A stretch of DNA of 64,000 nucleotides from Fibrobacteria bacterium (lineage in GTDB: Bacteria > Fibrobacterota > Chitinivibrionia > Chitinivibrionales > FEN-1185). The stretch covers positions 1-64,000 of the forward strand of contig JBBIGR010000010.1 of the NCBI GenBank assembly GCA_037447435.1. Direction: 5' to 3'. Within the stretch, counting starts at the first letter, position 1, and the number at the start of each line of letters is the position of its first letter. The position numbers and the translations under genes are program-made. Below, piece by piece: positions 19,145-28,511 of the stretch. The notes under the pieces were generated by a model. The model searched no databases and was not told the origin of the DNA. It was given only the letters and a program-made list of their open reading frames with translations.

Positions 19145-21490
19145 TCAGGGTGTTTTTGTAGGAAAAATTCTTTCGAATATATCGGCCAATTCCGTTTGCG
19201 CGTACGGTTTTTTCAGTTTGTCGGCAAACCCGTATTTCCGTGGGGCAGCCATTATAGGGTCGTTCGAATACCCGCTTGAAGCAATTGCGATAACCCCTTG
19301 GTCCATTTCAAATAGTTTGCGCAATGCTTCTTTTCCGCCTTCACTGCCGGGAATTGTCAGGTCCAAAATAACCGCTTTATACCGATTCGTTTGCAATCCG
19401 ATGCGATACTTTACAACCGCTTCGTCGATCGTTGCGGCAAATTCCGTCGAATATCCCAGCGACGCCAGCATTTGTCCGGCGACATCGAGAATGTATTCTT
19501 CGTCGTCCATAACCAGGATAGTTCCGTTTCCGCAATGTTTTTTCGCGGAAGTATAACCGTTGTCCCAATTTTCCGATGGATTTGCGGGCAAATAGAGGAA
19601 GAACGTCGTTCCTTTCCCCAATACCGAATCAACGTCGATCATTCCGTCGTGTTTTCTCATAATGGAATACGAGGTGGCCAGTCCAAGCCCGCTTCCTTCT
19701 TGCTTTGTCGTAAAAAACGGATCGAAAATATGCGGCAAATGTTCCTTCGAGATCCCGGTACCGAAATCCTTTATCGAAATCCGCACGTAATTTCCCGGTT
19801 TTAAAACCGACGGAATCGGGGCCCCGTGAACGATGTTTTCGGCAAAAACCACGATGCTGCCGCCGGTCGGCATCGCCTGCCGGGCATTGATGATAATGTT
19901 GTCCAATACCTGCCCGAATTGATTTTCGTCGATGTCGCACGGCCACAAGTCGTCGGGAAACGCGAAATGCGGGCTTACCGACGATCCGCTCAAAACGAAT
20001 TGCGTTGCCGAAATAATGATCGAGGCCAGCGACACGGTTTTTTTTACCGGCATTCCGCCTTTTGAAAAAGTCAATAATTGCTGGGTCAAAGCGCGGGTCC
20101 GATTGAATACGTCAAGGGCTTTCGAAAGGTTTTGCGAAACCTTGTCGTGGGCGCCTGCGGCATTGAACATACGCGCCAGATCGATATACCCGAAAACGCC
20201 GGTGAGCAGATTATTAAAATCATGGGCTATTCCGCCCGCAAGGATGCCGAGCGATTCGAGCTTTTCCGCGTTGGTCAGGGCGTCTTCGAATTTTTTCTTT
20301 TCGGTAATGTCGCGGTATACCGCGCCGAAACGGAATCCGCGGGATGTTTTTATGGGGAAAAGCGATTGCTGGACAATGACGTATTTGCCGTCGGGTCTTA
20401 AAATTTCAGTTTCGAAAGGGGCCGACAACCGGTTGAAATCGCCGGTTTTCAATGCGGTTTGTATGAACCGTTTTTGTTGTTCATGCAATTCCAACGACTG
20501 GTCTTTCGCCGACGTCAATGCGAATACCAATTCCCAAAACGGCCGTCCCAACGCTTCGATGCGGGGAATACCCGACAATGCCTCAAATGCACCGTTCCAT
20601 TCGATCACGTCGCCGTTTTCGTCGACAAGCACGACTGCTTCGCGGTTTTGCTCGATAAAGGTCCTGAACTTTTCTTCGCTTTCCGCAAGATCGGCCATGA
20701 TTTTCCGCTGCTGGGTCACATCGTAAAACGACGACAAAATGCAGGCGACGCCGCCGACATATATCAATTCGGCCGACCATATCGTGGTAAGCACTTCGCC
20801 GCTTTTCCGACGAACCGCGATGTCGATATTATGGGGGGCTTTTTGGGCGATCGACCCCGGGGGCATCGATTTCAACGCAATCGATGTGTCGCAAATATTA
20901 AGATCATCCATCGTGCGGCCGATGATTTCTTGTTTGCAATACCCGGTCATTTTCAAGTACTCTTCATTTATGTTAAGGAACCTGTTTTCCGATACGGTAG
21001 AAATCGCCATGGCCACCGGGGAAGAATGGAATGCCTTTGCAAATTTGTCCTCGCTTTCGCAAAGCGATAGTTCGGCTTTTTTCCTGTTTGTAATATCGGT
21101 CGCGCAAATGAGAATATGCGCGACGCCCCGTATCATTACTTTTTCGGCAAACCCCAATACCGTAATTATTCTACCGGATTTTGTCCTGAATTGCATTTCT
21201 TCATTCCGCATGCAGCCGGCGGTTTCCAATGCGTTTCTCATGCGGGTTCTATCGTCGATATGTACCCAGACATTGAGCTTTAAGGGGTCCGACCCGATGA
21301 TTTCGTCGCGTGTCCAACCCGACAAGGTTTGAAATTCCTTGTTTACTTCTATGAACGTGCCGTCATCGAACTTCGAAATGGAAAGCGGAAACGGTGAGGC
21401 GTGAAACACCGTGAAAAACGCTTCGTCGCCTTTTTGCAACGTCGAATCAAAATCGCGGTTATTGTTTTCGTTTTCGGATTTGGTATTCAT
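19145..21490 (-). CDS. Cytoplasmic multi-PAS hybrid histidine kinase/receiver
   Basis: Three PAS-like repeats, AGGIAHDFNNLL, FDPFFTTK..GSGLGL, receiver VMDDE..LDLTIPG..KP. Confidence 0.93.
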   Translation of the reverse strand: MNTKSENENNNRDFDSTLQKGDEAFFTVFHASPFPLSISKFDDGTFIEVNKEFQTLSGWTRDEIIGSDPLKLNVWVHIDDRTRMRNALETAGCMRNEEMQFRTKSGRIITVLGFAEKVMIRGVAHILICATDITNRKKAELSLCESEDKFAKAFHSSPVAMAISTVSENRFLNINEEYLKMTGYCKQEIIGRTMDDLNICDTSIALKSMPPGSIAQKAPHNIDIAVRRKSGEVLTTIWSAELIYVGGVACILSSFYDVTQQRKIMADLAESEEKFRTFIEQNREAVVLVDENGDVIEWNGAFEALSGIPRIEALGRPFWELVFALTSAKDQSLELHEQQKRFIQTALKTGDFNRLSAPFETEILRPDGKYVIVQQSLFPIKTSRGFRFGAVYRDITEKKKFEDALTNAEKLESLGILAGGIAHDFNNLLTGVFGYIDLARMFNAAGAHDKVSQNLSKALDVFNRTRALTQQLLTFSKGGMPVKKTVSLASIIISATQFVLSGSSVSPHFAFPDDLWPCDIDENQFGQVLDNIIINARQAMPTGGSIVVFAENIVHGAPIPSVLKPGNYVRISIKDFGTGISKEHLPHIFDPFFTTKQEGSGLGLATSYSIMRKHDGMIDVDSVLGKGTTFFLYLPANPSENWDNGYTSAKKHCGNGTILVMDDEEYILDVAGQMLASLGYSTEFAATIDEAVVKYRIGLQTNRYKAVILDLTIPGSEGGKEALRKLFEMDQGVIAIASSGYSNDPIMAAPRKYGFADKLKKPYAQTELADIFERIFPTKTP

Positions 21491-21636
21491 TTTTATTTCG
21501 ATTTTCTTTGATTTTCTTTGATTAAAGCATATTATAATTTAACAAAAAAAACCAATAGAATAACAAAGCCGAAAGAGGCTTGCGGGAAACCATGAAACAT
21601 GGTATGATTTTCTTATAATTAAAAAAGGACAAATAC

Positions 21637-22941
21637 ATGATGCTGTTTCAAAATAAAAAACACCTTCAATCCATTGACGATCTAAAAAAACGGATCGCCC
21701 AGTTGGAAGAAGAGCTCAAAAAGGTGACTCATAATTTTTCCGCAGCGCTCGAACAGGGAAAAGCTGTGGTGTACTCGAGGAATTTCACCTCCGAAACCTA
21801 TGATTTTATCGGCAGCGGCATCAAGGAGCTGACCGGATATTCGGCACAGGAAATGACGCCGGCGGTTTTCGACAGTATTTCCATTACTGCGGAGCCGCAG
21901 GGGGAACTTGCCGATATCGCGCTCGATCAGGCGTATCTGAAGAACCGGACCGGCGCAGTGAACCAATGGATTGCCGACACGAAAATCCGTACAAAGGCCG
22001 GCGATATCAAGTATCTGCTCGATATGTCGACATTGCTTCGCGATAGTAGCGGACGCACGTACGGAACCCTCGGTATCCTGATGGACATCACCGAAAGGAA
22101 AAATGTCGAGCAAAAGCTCAAGCAAACCACGCGCGAACTCAAACATAAAAACGAAGAAATGGAATTGGATCTTGTCACTGCCCGGGAAATTCAGCGCGCA
22201 TTATTGACAAAGTATGATAAAACGTTCCCTGCAAACGCCGTGTCGTCCGATCCCAAACTACGGTTTAATGATCTTTACATTCCGGCGAAACAATTATCGG
22301 GGGACTTTTATTACATTTTGCCCATTTCAGAGTATTGCGTGGGGATTTTGATCGGCGACGTTATGGGCCACGGCATTCGCGCCTCCCTTATAACCGCGTA
22401 TGTGCGTGGGCTTATCGAAGAAATAAAGCCTATTGCCATGGAAAACGACCGGGTAATGCAAATCCTGAACAACAAGCTCTACAGTGTGCTTTCAACCGCG
22501 CGGATATCTTCCTTCGTTACTGCCGCGTATATGACGATCGACGTGAAAAACCGGATTTTACGGTATGCGAATGCGGGCCATCCGCATCCGATCTTTGTCA
22601 ATAAAGAAAGCGGTCCGATCATCACGCCGTTTGCCCTTAAAAGAGAGGCGGAACCCGCGTGCGGATTGATGCACGATTATCAATATACCGTTTCCTCCCG
22701 TCCGTTGTTCCATAACGATGTCATCTATTTATATACCGACGGCGTCCATGATGTCAAGAACGATAAAGAAGAGTTTTTCGGCAAAGAACGGCTTGCTTCT
22801 CATATTCAAGAACAATATGCCGATCCTGCGGAAACCGTGCTCGATACGTTGCTGAAAACAATAAAGTCTTTCGGTAACAATAAAACCGAATTCGACGACG
22901 ACCTCTGTATGGTTACCTGCACCTGCGATTTTGGACAGTGA
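21637..22941 (+). CDS. PAS-domain PP2C/SpoIIE (RsbU-like) phosphatase
   Basis: AREIQ, SGDFY, GDVMGHG, NAGHP, YTDG, DDL motifs. Confidence 0.92.
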   Translation: MMLFQNKKHLQSIDDLKKRIAQLEEELKKVTHNFSAALEQGKAVVYSRNFTSETYDFIGSGIKELTGYSAQEMTPAVFDSISITAEPQGELADIALDQAYLKNRTGAVNQWIADTKIRTKAGDIKYLLDMSTLLRDSSGRTYGTLGILMDITERKNVEQKLKQTTRELKHKNEEMELDLVTAREIQRALLTKYDKTFPANAVSSDPKLRFNDLYIPAKQLSGDFYYILPISEYCVGILIGDVMGHGIRASLITAYVRGLIEEIKPIAMENDRVMQILNNKLYSVLSTARISSFVTAAYMTIDVKNRILRYANAGHPHPIFVNKESGPIITPFALKREAEPACGLMHDYQYTVSSRPLFHNDVIYLYTDGVHDVKNDKEEFFGKERLASHIQEQYADPAETVLDTLLKTIKSFGNNKTEFDDDLCMVTCTCDFGQ

Positions 22942-23069
22942 TCCGTATCATTTCTTAGGCATGCGCCGTTTTGTTTTCATGTGAAAAAAAACGCAATGGC
23001 CAAAGTCCCGGCGTTTTACTATATTGTACGAATAACGTAACGAAATTCATTTTTCGCGGAGATATTCCT

Positions 23070-24143
23070 ATGAAAAGTCCGGTGTTTTTTATTGCTGTGG
23101 AAGAATCCGATTCCCTTGACGCTGTAAGCGAAAAATTCAAAAAAGTCCTTAATGCCAGCGGAATGGAAAAAAATATCTGCTCAAACGACGACGTCGTCGT
23201 CAAAATGCATTTCGGCGAGGAAGGAAACACCGGGTTTGTCAAACCGGAATTGGTGGGCGTGTTGTCCAAAACCGTCGCGCAGTCGGCAAAATCAATCACC
23301 GTTTCCGATACCAATACCTTGTATCGCGGGCGCAGGGTCAATTCCGAAGACCACGAAAAATTGGCCCGGGAACACGGCTTTATCGAGAAAACCATTCATG
23401 CCAAACTGTTGGTACCCAATGAAAAAGTTGTCTCAAACTGTCAAACGGTTCCCATCGATCAGGTATTTGTCAAGGAGGCAAAAATTCTTGCGCTGTATAA
23501 AAATGCCGACGTGCTCATCGGACTTTCGCATTTTAAAGGTCATTTGGTCACCGGATTCGGCGGATCCCTCAAAAACATCGGCATGGGATGCGCCTCGCGC
23601 GAAGGAAAGCTTTCACAGCACAGCAACGTATGTCCTACCGTCTATGTCGACAAATGTACCGGATGCGGCGATTGTGCGGCCGTATGCCCGGTCGATGCGA
23701 TCGGTATTATTGCCGGCAAATCCAAAATCAATCCTGCGCTTTGCATCGGATGCGCGAGTTGTATCGCGGCATGTTCGTTTTACGCAATGGACGTCAATTG
23801 GGGCAGCGGTGCCGATGCGGTGGCCGATAAAATGGTCGAATTCGCGTATGCGGTTTTACACGGCAAAAAAAAACTATTGTTTGTAAACGTTGCGACGAAA
23901 ATAACGGCCGAATGCGACTGCCTTGCAAAAGACGACCCCCGAATCGTGGACGATGTCGGCATTTTCGTGTCCCATGATCCCGTTGCCGCAGATACCGCAG
24001 CATACGATCTTGTTTGCAAAAAAGCCGGAGGAAAAGACGTTTTTGCGGAAGCGCATCCGGGGCGGAAAAACCTCAAGCAGCTCATCTATGCCGAAAAACT
24101 CGGACTCGGCAGCCGAGACTACGAACTTATTACGGTTTCTTGA
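23070..24143 (+). CDS. DUF362-domain protein with 2x[4Fe-4S] ferredoxin domain
   Basis: KMHFGE, SHFKGH..GFGGSLKNIGMG, CTGCGDC..CP and CIGCASC..C. Start moved to the ATG at 23070 after GGAG. Confidence 0.88.
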   Translation: MKSPVFFIAVEESDSLDAVSEKFKKVLNASGMEKNICSNDDVVVKMHFGEEGNTGFVKPELVGVLSKTVAQSAKSITVSDTNTLYRGRRVNSEDHEKLAREHGFIEKTIHAKLLVPNEKVVSNCQTVPIDQVFVKEAKILALYKNADVLIGLSHFKGHLVTGFGGSLKNIGMGCASREGKLSQHSNVCPTVYVDKCTGCGDCAAVCPVDAIGIIAGKSKINPALCIGCASCIAACSFYAMDVNWGSGADAVADKMVEFAYAVLHGKKKLLFVNVATKITAECDCLAKDDPRIVDDVGIFVSHDPVAADTAAYDLVCKKAGGKDVFAEAHPGRKNLKQLIYAEKLGLGSRDYELITVS

Positions 24144-24260
24144 AAATCGGCGTTGTCAAAAACAAAACCGACGAGTATAATATAAAAGTAAGAGGAATAT
24201 CGCCGCGTTCCTGTCAAAAAGATGCAATAAAATTCCAGTGTTTTTTCCAAGGGGAATTGT

Positions 24261-24623
24261 ATGCAAAATGATAAAAATAAAAAGGAACGCAGGGGGCACG
24301 CACGATTTCCCTGCGAAATACCGTTTCCGGCTTCTTTTTTCAGCGACGCGGGACACTTAGATGCCTTTGTAGACGACGTGTCTGTCGGCGGCGCAAAGCT
24401 TCGCATCAGGCACGCAATGGACCAGGTTCCTTTTTTAGTGCAGGGTGAGTTCGATTATACTTTTTTTACCGATTTAGGGTCTACAAAATGCAAAGCCAGG
24501 ACCGCCTGGGTGCAACGGGTCGGGTCGGATTTTGTATGGGGAGTCGAATTTATAAAAATAGGTGACAATGCCGATGACCCGCTTAATGTGATTATACGGC
24601 AGTTGAACAATCAGGCAATGTAG
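24261..24623 (+). CDS. Stand-alone PilZ-domain protein
   Basis: RRGHAR (RxxxR) and DVSVGG (DxSxxG) c-di-GMP motifs; GVEF. Confidence 0.88.
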   Translation: MQNDKNKKERRGHARFPCEIPFPASFFSDAGHLDAFVDDVSVGGAKLRIRHAMDQVPFLVQGEFDYTFFTDLGSTKCKARTAWVQRVGSDFVWGVEFIKIGDNADDPLNVIIRQLNNQAM

Positions 24624-24681
24624 AAATGCTCTTTTGGGTGAAAGGCCGTTGCAAAGGATATTTGCAGCGGCTTTTTTTGTT

Positions 24682-25239
24682 TTACCCGGGGAATTTTGAA
24701 TTGAGCAAACTTGTCCCAATAAGCCCCAATATCGTGCTGCAAGCCAAAGAAATTGCCGCACAGAAAATGATGATGAAGACGCCCGATCCGCCGGTATTTC
24801 CCCAGAGCAACACGCCGGAAATCACGCAGGCGGCGGCAAAATAAACGGCGCCGAAGATCATTTTCTTAATAAGCAACGGAGTCGTGGCTTTGCGGAAACG
24901 GATTTTTCCGTCGAACATTCCGGCCGCGAAGGTCATGATCACCGTGAACGGCAACACAATGCCGAGCAAGAAAATCGTATCGGTTATTTTTGCGCCGATA
25001 CTCCCGGATGTAAAAAGGGACGCAATCGCCAATATCTCGATGAGTGCCGAAATTGCGACGGGAAAATGTACTGAAACCGGGTGCAGATCAAGGGACAATA
25101 AAAATTTCCTTTTTGGGGAAATTTTCTCAACATAGTCTTCAAACATTTTTGCAGGAACGCCGCAGGCCGGGCATTTATCATGGACTTTGCCTTTTTCCAT
25201 GACATACCCGCACGATTTACATCTGACAAGCTCTTTCAT
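24682..25239 (-). CDS. Rubredoxin-like domain fused to a DUF2231-like membrane domain
   Basis: CKSCGY...CPACG, then LHPVSVHFP and about four TM helices. The ATG at 25239 overlaps the cydB stop (ATGA). Confidence 0.82.
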   Translation of the reverse strand: MKELVRCKSCGYVMEKGKVHDKCPACGVPAKMFEDYVEKISPKRKFLLSLDLHPVSVHFPVAISALIEILAIASLFTSGSIGAKITDTIFLLGIVLPFTVIMTFAAGMFDGKIRFRKATTPLLIKKMIFGAVYFAAACVISGVLLWGNTGGSGVFIIIFCAAISLACSTILGLIGTSLLNSKFPG

Positions 25240-26228
25240 GAGTGCATTTCCTTTGATGAGTCCACTGTTCGAAATGTCCGGTATATGAAATAGGTATATC
25301 CTAAAATAATCGGAACCATGCAGGCGATCAAAATTACGATTAATCGAAGCGACGATTCCGGGGCGCTGGCCTTGAAAAGCGTTATTGTCCATTCCGCCCG
25401 AAGGCTCGACACCAGGATATTGGGAAACAAGGTTGCCGCAAAGGCAATGAAGAAACCGGAAATTGAAAGAACGGAACATAAATGCGGCAATTTCGGGTTT
25501 GCCGAAAACAACCTGGCGCCGACAATCGAGACGATAAATAATGCGGCACCCAGCGTTGTCCCGATATGTCTCGATGAATTCGTCAAAGTCAAAGCCCAAA
25601 AAATCATGGTGATTGCCGATATGGCAAGCATGATTGTCCAAAACCGTTTTTCAGCCTTTCGCACCCACGGTTCGTCGAATTTCGTCAGCATATACGTTGT
25701 CGAATGCCATACGACATACGAGATTCCGAACGCGCCGAATATGAGGGGAAAGGGACGGCAAAAATCGCGGATCGAAATGAAAATATCTCCCTCCCGGGTA
25801 ATGGGTAATCCCTGCAAAATCAGGCCGAGCGTAAACAGTCCTAAAAAAGTAATCGCGGCACTAACGATGGAAATGAGCGCGAACCACATCCGGATATTTT
25901 TTTTATCGTGATAGGAGAATTCGATCGACGCGGCACGGACGATAAAGGCCGCAATCACGACCATGAACGGTAAATAGAGTGAGCTGACCAATATGCTGTA
26001 GGCAAGGGGAAAAGACGCGAAAAACAGGCCCACGCCCATCACCAGCCAGACTTCATTGCCGTCCCAAAACGGCGTGATAATCGAAAGCAGCCGCTCCGCC
26101 TTGTTTTCTTTTTTGTAAAATGGGAGCAGTATGCCGATTCCCAGATCAAAACCGTCAAGCACGGCATACATGAAAAAGAAAAAACCGATGAGGACAAATG
26201 CAACTGTTTGCAACGATGCCGGGGGCAT
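25236..26228 (-). CDS. cydB: Cytochrome bd oxidase subunit II
   Basis: LDGFDLGIG, PFWDGNEVWLV, YTYFIYRTF. Confidence 0.95.
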   Translation of the reverse strand: MPPASLQTVAFVLIGFFFFMYAVLDGFDLGIGILLPFYKKENKAERLLSIITPFWDGNEVWLVMGVGLFFASFPLAYSILVSSLYLPFMVVIAAFIVRAASIEFSYHDKKNIRMWFALISIVSAAITFLGLFTLGLILQGLPITREGDIFISIRDFCRPFPLIFGAFGISYVVWHSTTYMLTKFDEPWVRKAEKRFWTIMLAISAITMIFWALTLTNSSRHIGTTLGAALFIVSIVGARLFSANPKLPHLCSVLSISGFFIAFAATLFPNILVSSLRAEWTITLFKASAPESSLRLIVILIACMVPIILGYTYFIYRTFRTVDSSKEMHS

Positions 26229-26237
26229 AATATCTCC

Positions 26238-27548
26238 TTAAACTTCTTTTGGGCCGAGGCGGATTATCCGGCGTAAAAAGAACAGGGTAATAATAAACAG
26301 GAAGGCATACACGGTGCAAATTCCGCCGAGGGTCAGGGCTATTTGCCAGGCCGGCAAATGAATGCTCGATGCTTGCGTCGTGCGCATAACATTGTAAATC
26401 ATCCACGGTTGCCTCCCCATTTCCGCTCCTATCCAGCCAAGCTCGTTTGCCGCGTACGGAATAGGGACCGCACAGGGCAAAATCGCCAAATACCAGGGGG
26501 AGTGCGCCAGTTTCTTTTTCCATAATAAAAAGACGCCGAGTGCGGCGATGCAAAGCATGATCATTCCGAACATCACCATCAAGTGAAATGTGGTGAAGAT
26601 CACATTGACCGGCGGCCTGTTTTCCTTCGGATATTCCAGCAGTCCCTTGACATGCGATTTTGGGTTTCCCGATTCAAGAAGGCTGAGCCCGTAGGGAATA
26701 CCGATGCCGAACCGTATCAGATTGTTTTTCTCATCGGGAATGCCGAACGAATACAACGGTGCGCCGTCGACGGAATAAAAAATGCCCTCATATGCCGCTT
26801 CTTTTTCAGGATTATGCTCAAGCACATTCATGATGTGCGCATGTCCGATGAGCGGTTGCAGGGCTGCCGCGACAAGGGCGATCGGCAAGGCGATTTTAAA
26901 TACGGCAGCAGTAAAAACCGTATGGATTTTTTTCAACGAAAAATATGCGGCGATTGCTAAAACGAAAAAAGTTCCGGTCAGCCACGCTCCGGTAACCACG
27001 TGGATATACCGGATAATCGTCGAATCGTTTATAAAGGCTTTGAAAAAACTTGTCATGACGATTCTGCCGTTTTCGATTGCAAAGCCGCCCGGCGTTTGCA
27101 ACCAGGAATTTGCGGATACGATCAAAAGGCCCGACAAATGGGAGCCAAGGAAAATGCATATCGTCGACAGCCAATATATAAAAGGTGAAACCCGGTTCCG
27201 GCCGAAAATGACGATGGCGAGAAATGCCGATTCAAAGGCAAAGGCTGTTGTCGCTTCTATCGACAATGCCGTGCCGAAAATTGCGCCGGCAAAAGCGGAA
27301 AACCGGGCCCAATTTGCGCCAAAAGCAAATGGTAATAACAGGCCGGTTGCAACGCCGATGGTGAAAATAAGCCCCAGGATTTTTACCAGAAATGAAGATG
27401 CGGCCTTGAAATGTTCTTTCTTGGTACGAATAAACAGTGTTTCGAAAATAACGATAAACAAGGTAAGGCCGAGGGTCGTGGTGGGAAGGAGATAATGAAA
27501 ACCGACCGAAACGCCGAATTGTATCCGAGACAATGTCAAAGCATCCAT
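26238..27548 (-). CDS. cydA: Cytochrome bd oxidase subunit I (short Q-loop)
   Basis: SRIQF..FHY, FGANW, ANSWLQTP, RYIH, KEAAYEG, AEMGRQPW. Confidence 0.95.
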   Translation of the reverse strand: MDALTLSRIQFGVSVGFHYLLPTTTLGLTLFIVIFETLFIRTKKEHFKAASSFLVKILGLIFTIGVATGLLLPFAFGANWARFSAFAGAIFGTALSIEATTAFAFESAFLAIVIFGRNRVSPFIYWLSTICIFLGSHLSGLLIVSANSWLQTPGGFAIENGRIVMTSFFKAFINDSTIIRYIHVVTGAWLTGTFFVLAIAAYFSLKKIHTVFTAAVFKIALPIALVAAALQPLIGHAHIMNVLEHNPEKEAAYEGIFYSVDGAPLYSFGIPDEKNNLIRFGIGIPYGLSLLESGNPKSHVKGLLEYPKENRPPVNVIFTTFHLMVMFGMIMLCIAALGVFLLWKKKLAHSPWYLAILPCAVPIPYAANELGWIGAEMGRQPWMIYNVMRTTQASSIHLPAWQIALTLGGICTVYAFLFIITLFFLRRIIRLGPKEV

Positions 27549-27575
27549 ACGTATGGTATGTCCTTACATGATGTG

Positions 27576-28454
27576 TTACTTTAGGTGAATTTCGCGAATC
27601 AAGGTTGCAATGCAAAAAAGCGTTATGCCCCCCGTAGCCAAGACGCTCATTTTCATGGTGCTGACGTAATCTGCATTCCGCTCATCGTGCATTGTTCGTG
27701 AAAACCAAAATAAAAAATAAACCAAACCGGGCAAGGAAAAAACAATAAAAAGAATGAAAGAAAATAAACCTTTGGTCGCGAGAAAATACGCGGCAAAAGC
27801 GGTGAGGCTACATCCAAGTAACGGCACGCAAACAAGGAGGGTCTTTCTTATTCCTAATTTTAAGCTTATCGTGATGTCTTTTCGCCGCGCATCCTCCGCG
27901 TGCTGATACATTTGCGTTAGGGGGAAAAAACCAAGAATAAAAACACCGGTAAATACGGCGGGAAAAAGGACTGGCAATGCCGTCATCGACATCGACCGAT
28001 TTTTTGCAACCGTCATCGCCACTAGAAAAAACGTCAATGTTCCCTGGCCCAGTCCGGTTATTAGCCAACCCCAAACCGCATGTTTTTTTATTCGGATTTT
28101 ATCCCAGCTGTATGCCTTTGATGCTCCTCCGTAAATAAAACACCCTACGGCGAACCGCCAGTCGATTATGAAAGCCCAAGCCAGGGCGATTCCGTCAAGC
28201 AAAAGGGAAAACCATAAAAGGTCTTTTGTTACTTGAGGGGGATACCGTAACGTACCGATGCTTTCGATGTCTTTGTCGTAATAGGAATTAAAACCATTGG
28301 AGGCGGTGTACAAAAAAAAATGCAATACGATAAAAACGCCGATCGCTTTCCTTGTGTCAAATGTTCCGACGGTCAATACAGCCAGTAGAAATATGGGAAG
28401 CAAAAAAAATGAAAACGGCAACCGTATATGTTTAAGACTTGAAATAGAAACCAT
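27576..28454 (-). CDS. UbiA-family prenyltransferase
   Basis: NSYYDKD, YS..IRIKK, QMYQHAED motifs; multiple TM helices. Confidence 0.82.
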   Translation of the reverse strand: MVSISSLKHIRLPFSFFLLPIFLLAVLTVGTFDTRKAIGVFIVLHFFLYTASNGFNSYYDKDIESIGTLRYPPQVTKDLLWFSLLLDGIALAWAFIIDWRFAVGCFIYGGASKAYSWDKIRIKKHAVWGWLITGLGQGTLTFFLVAMTVAKNRSMSMTALPVLFPAVFTGVFILGFFPLTQMYQHAEDARRKDITISLKLGIRKTLLVCVPLLGCSLTAFAAYFLATKGLFSFILFIVFSLPGLVYFLFWFSRTMHDERNADYVSTMKMSVLATGGITLFCIATLIREIHLK

Positions 28455-28511
28455 GGGTATTGTATGACATTCCGCTCAAAACGGGTTGAAAAATCCTACG
28501 GAGAAAATAAT

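Noticed and set aside
11710..20726. Long antisense and alternative-frame ORFs such as 11710-12468, 12748-13566 and 19932-20726
   Set aside because: They are shadows of well-supported genes, expected from codon bias, and lack motifs.
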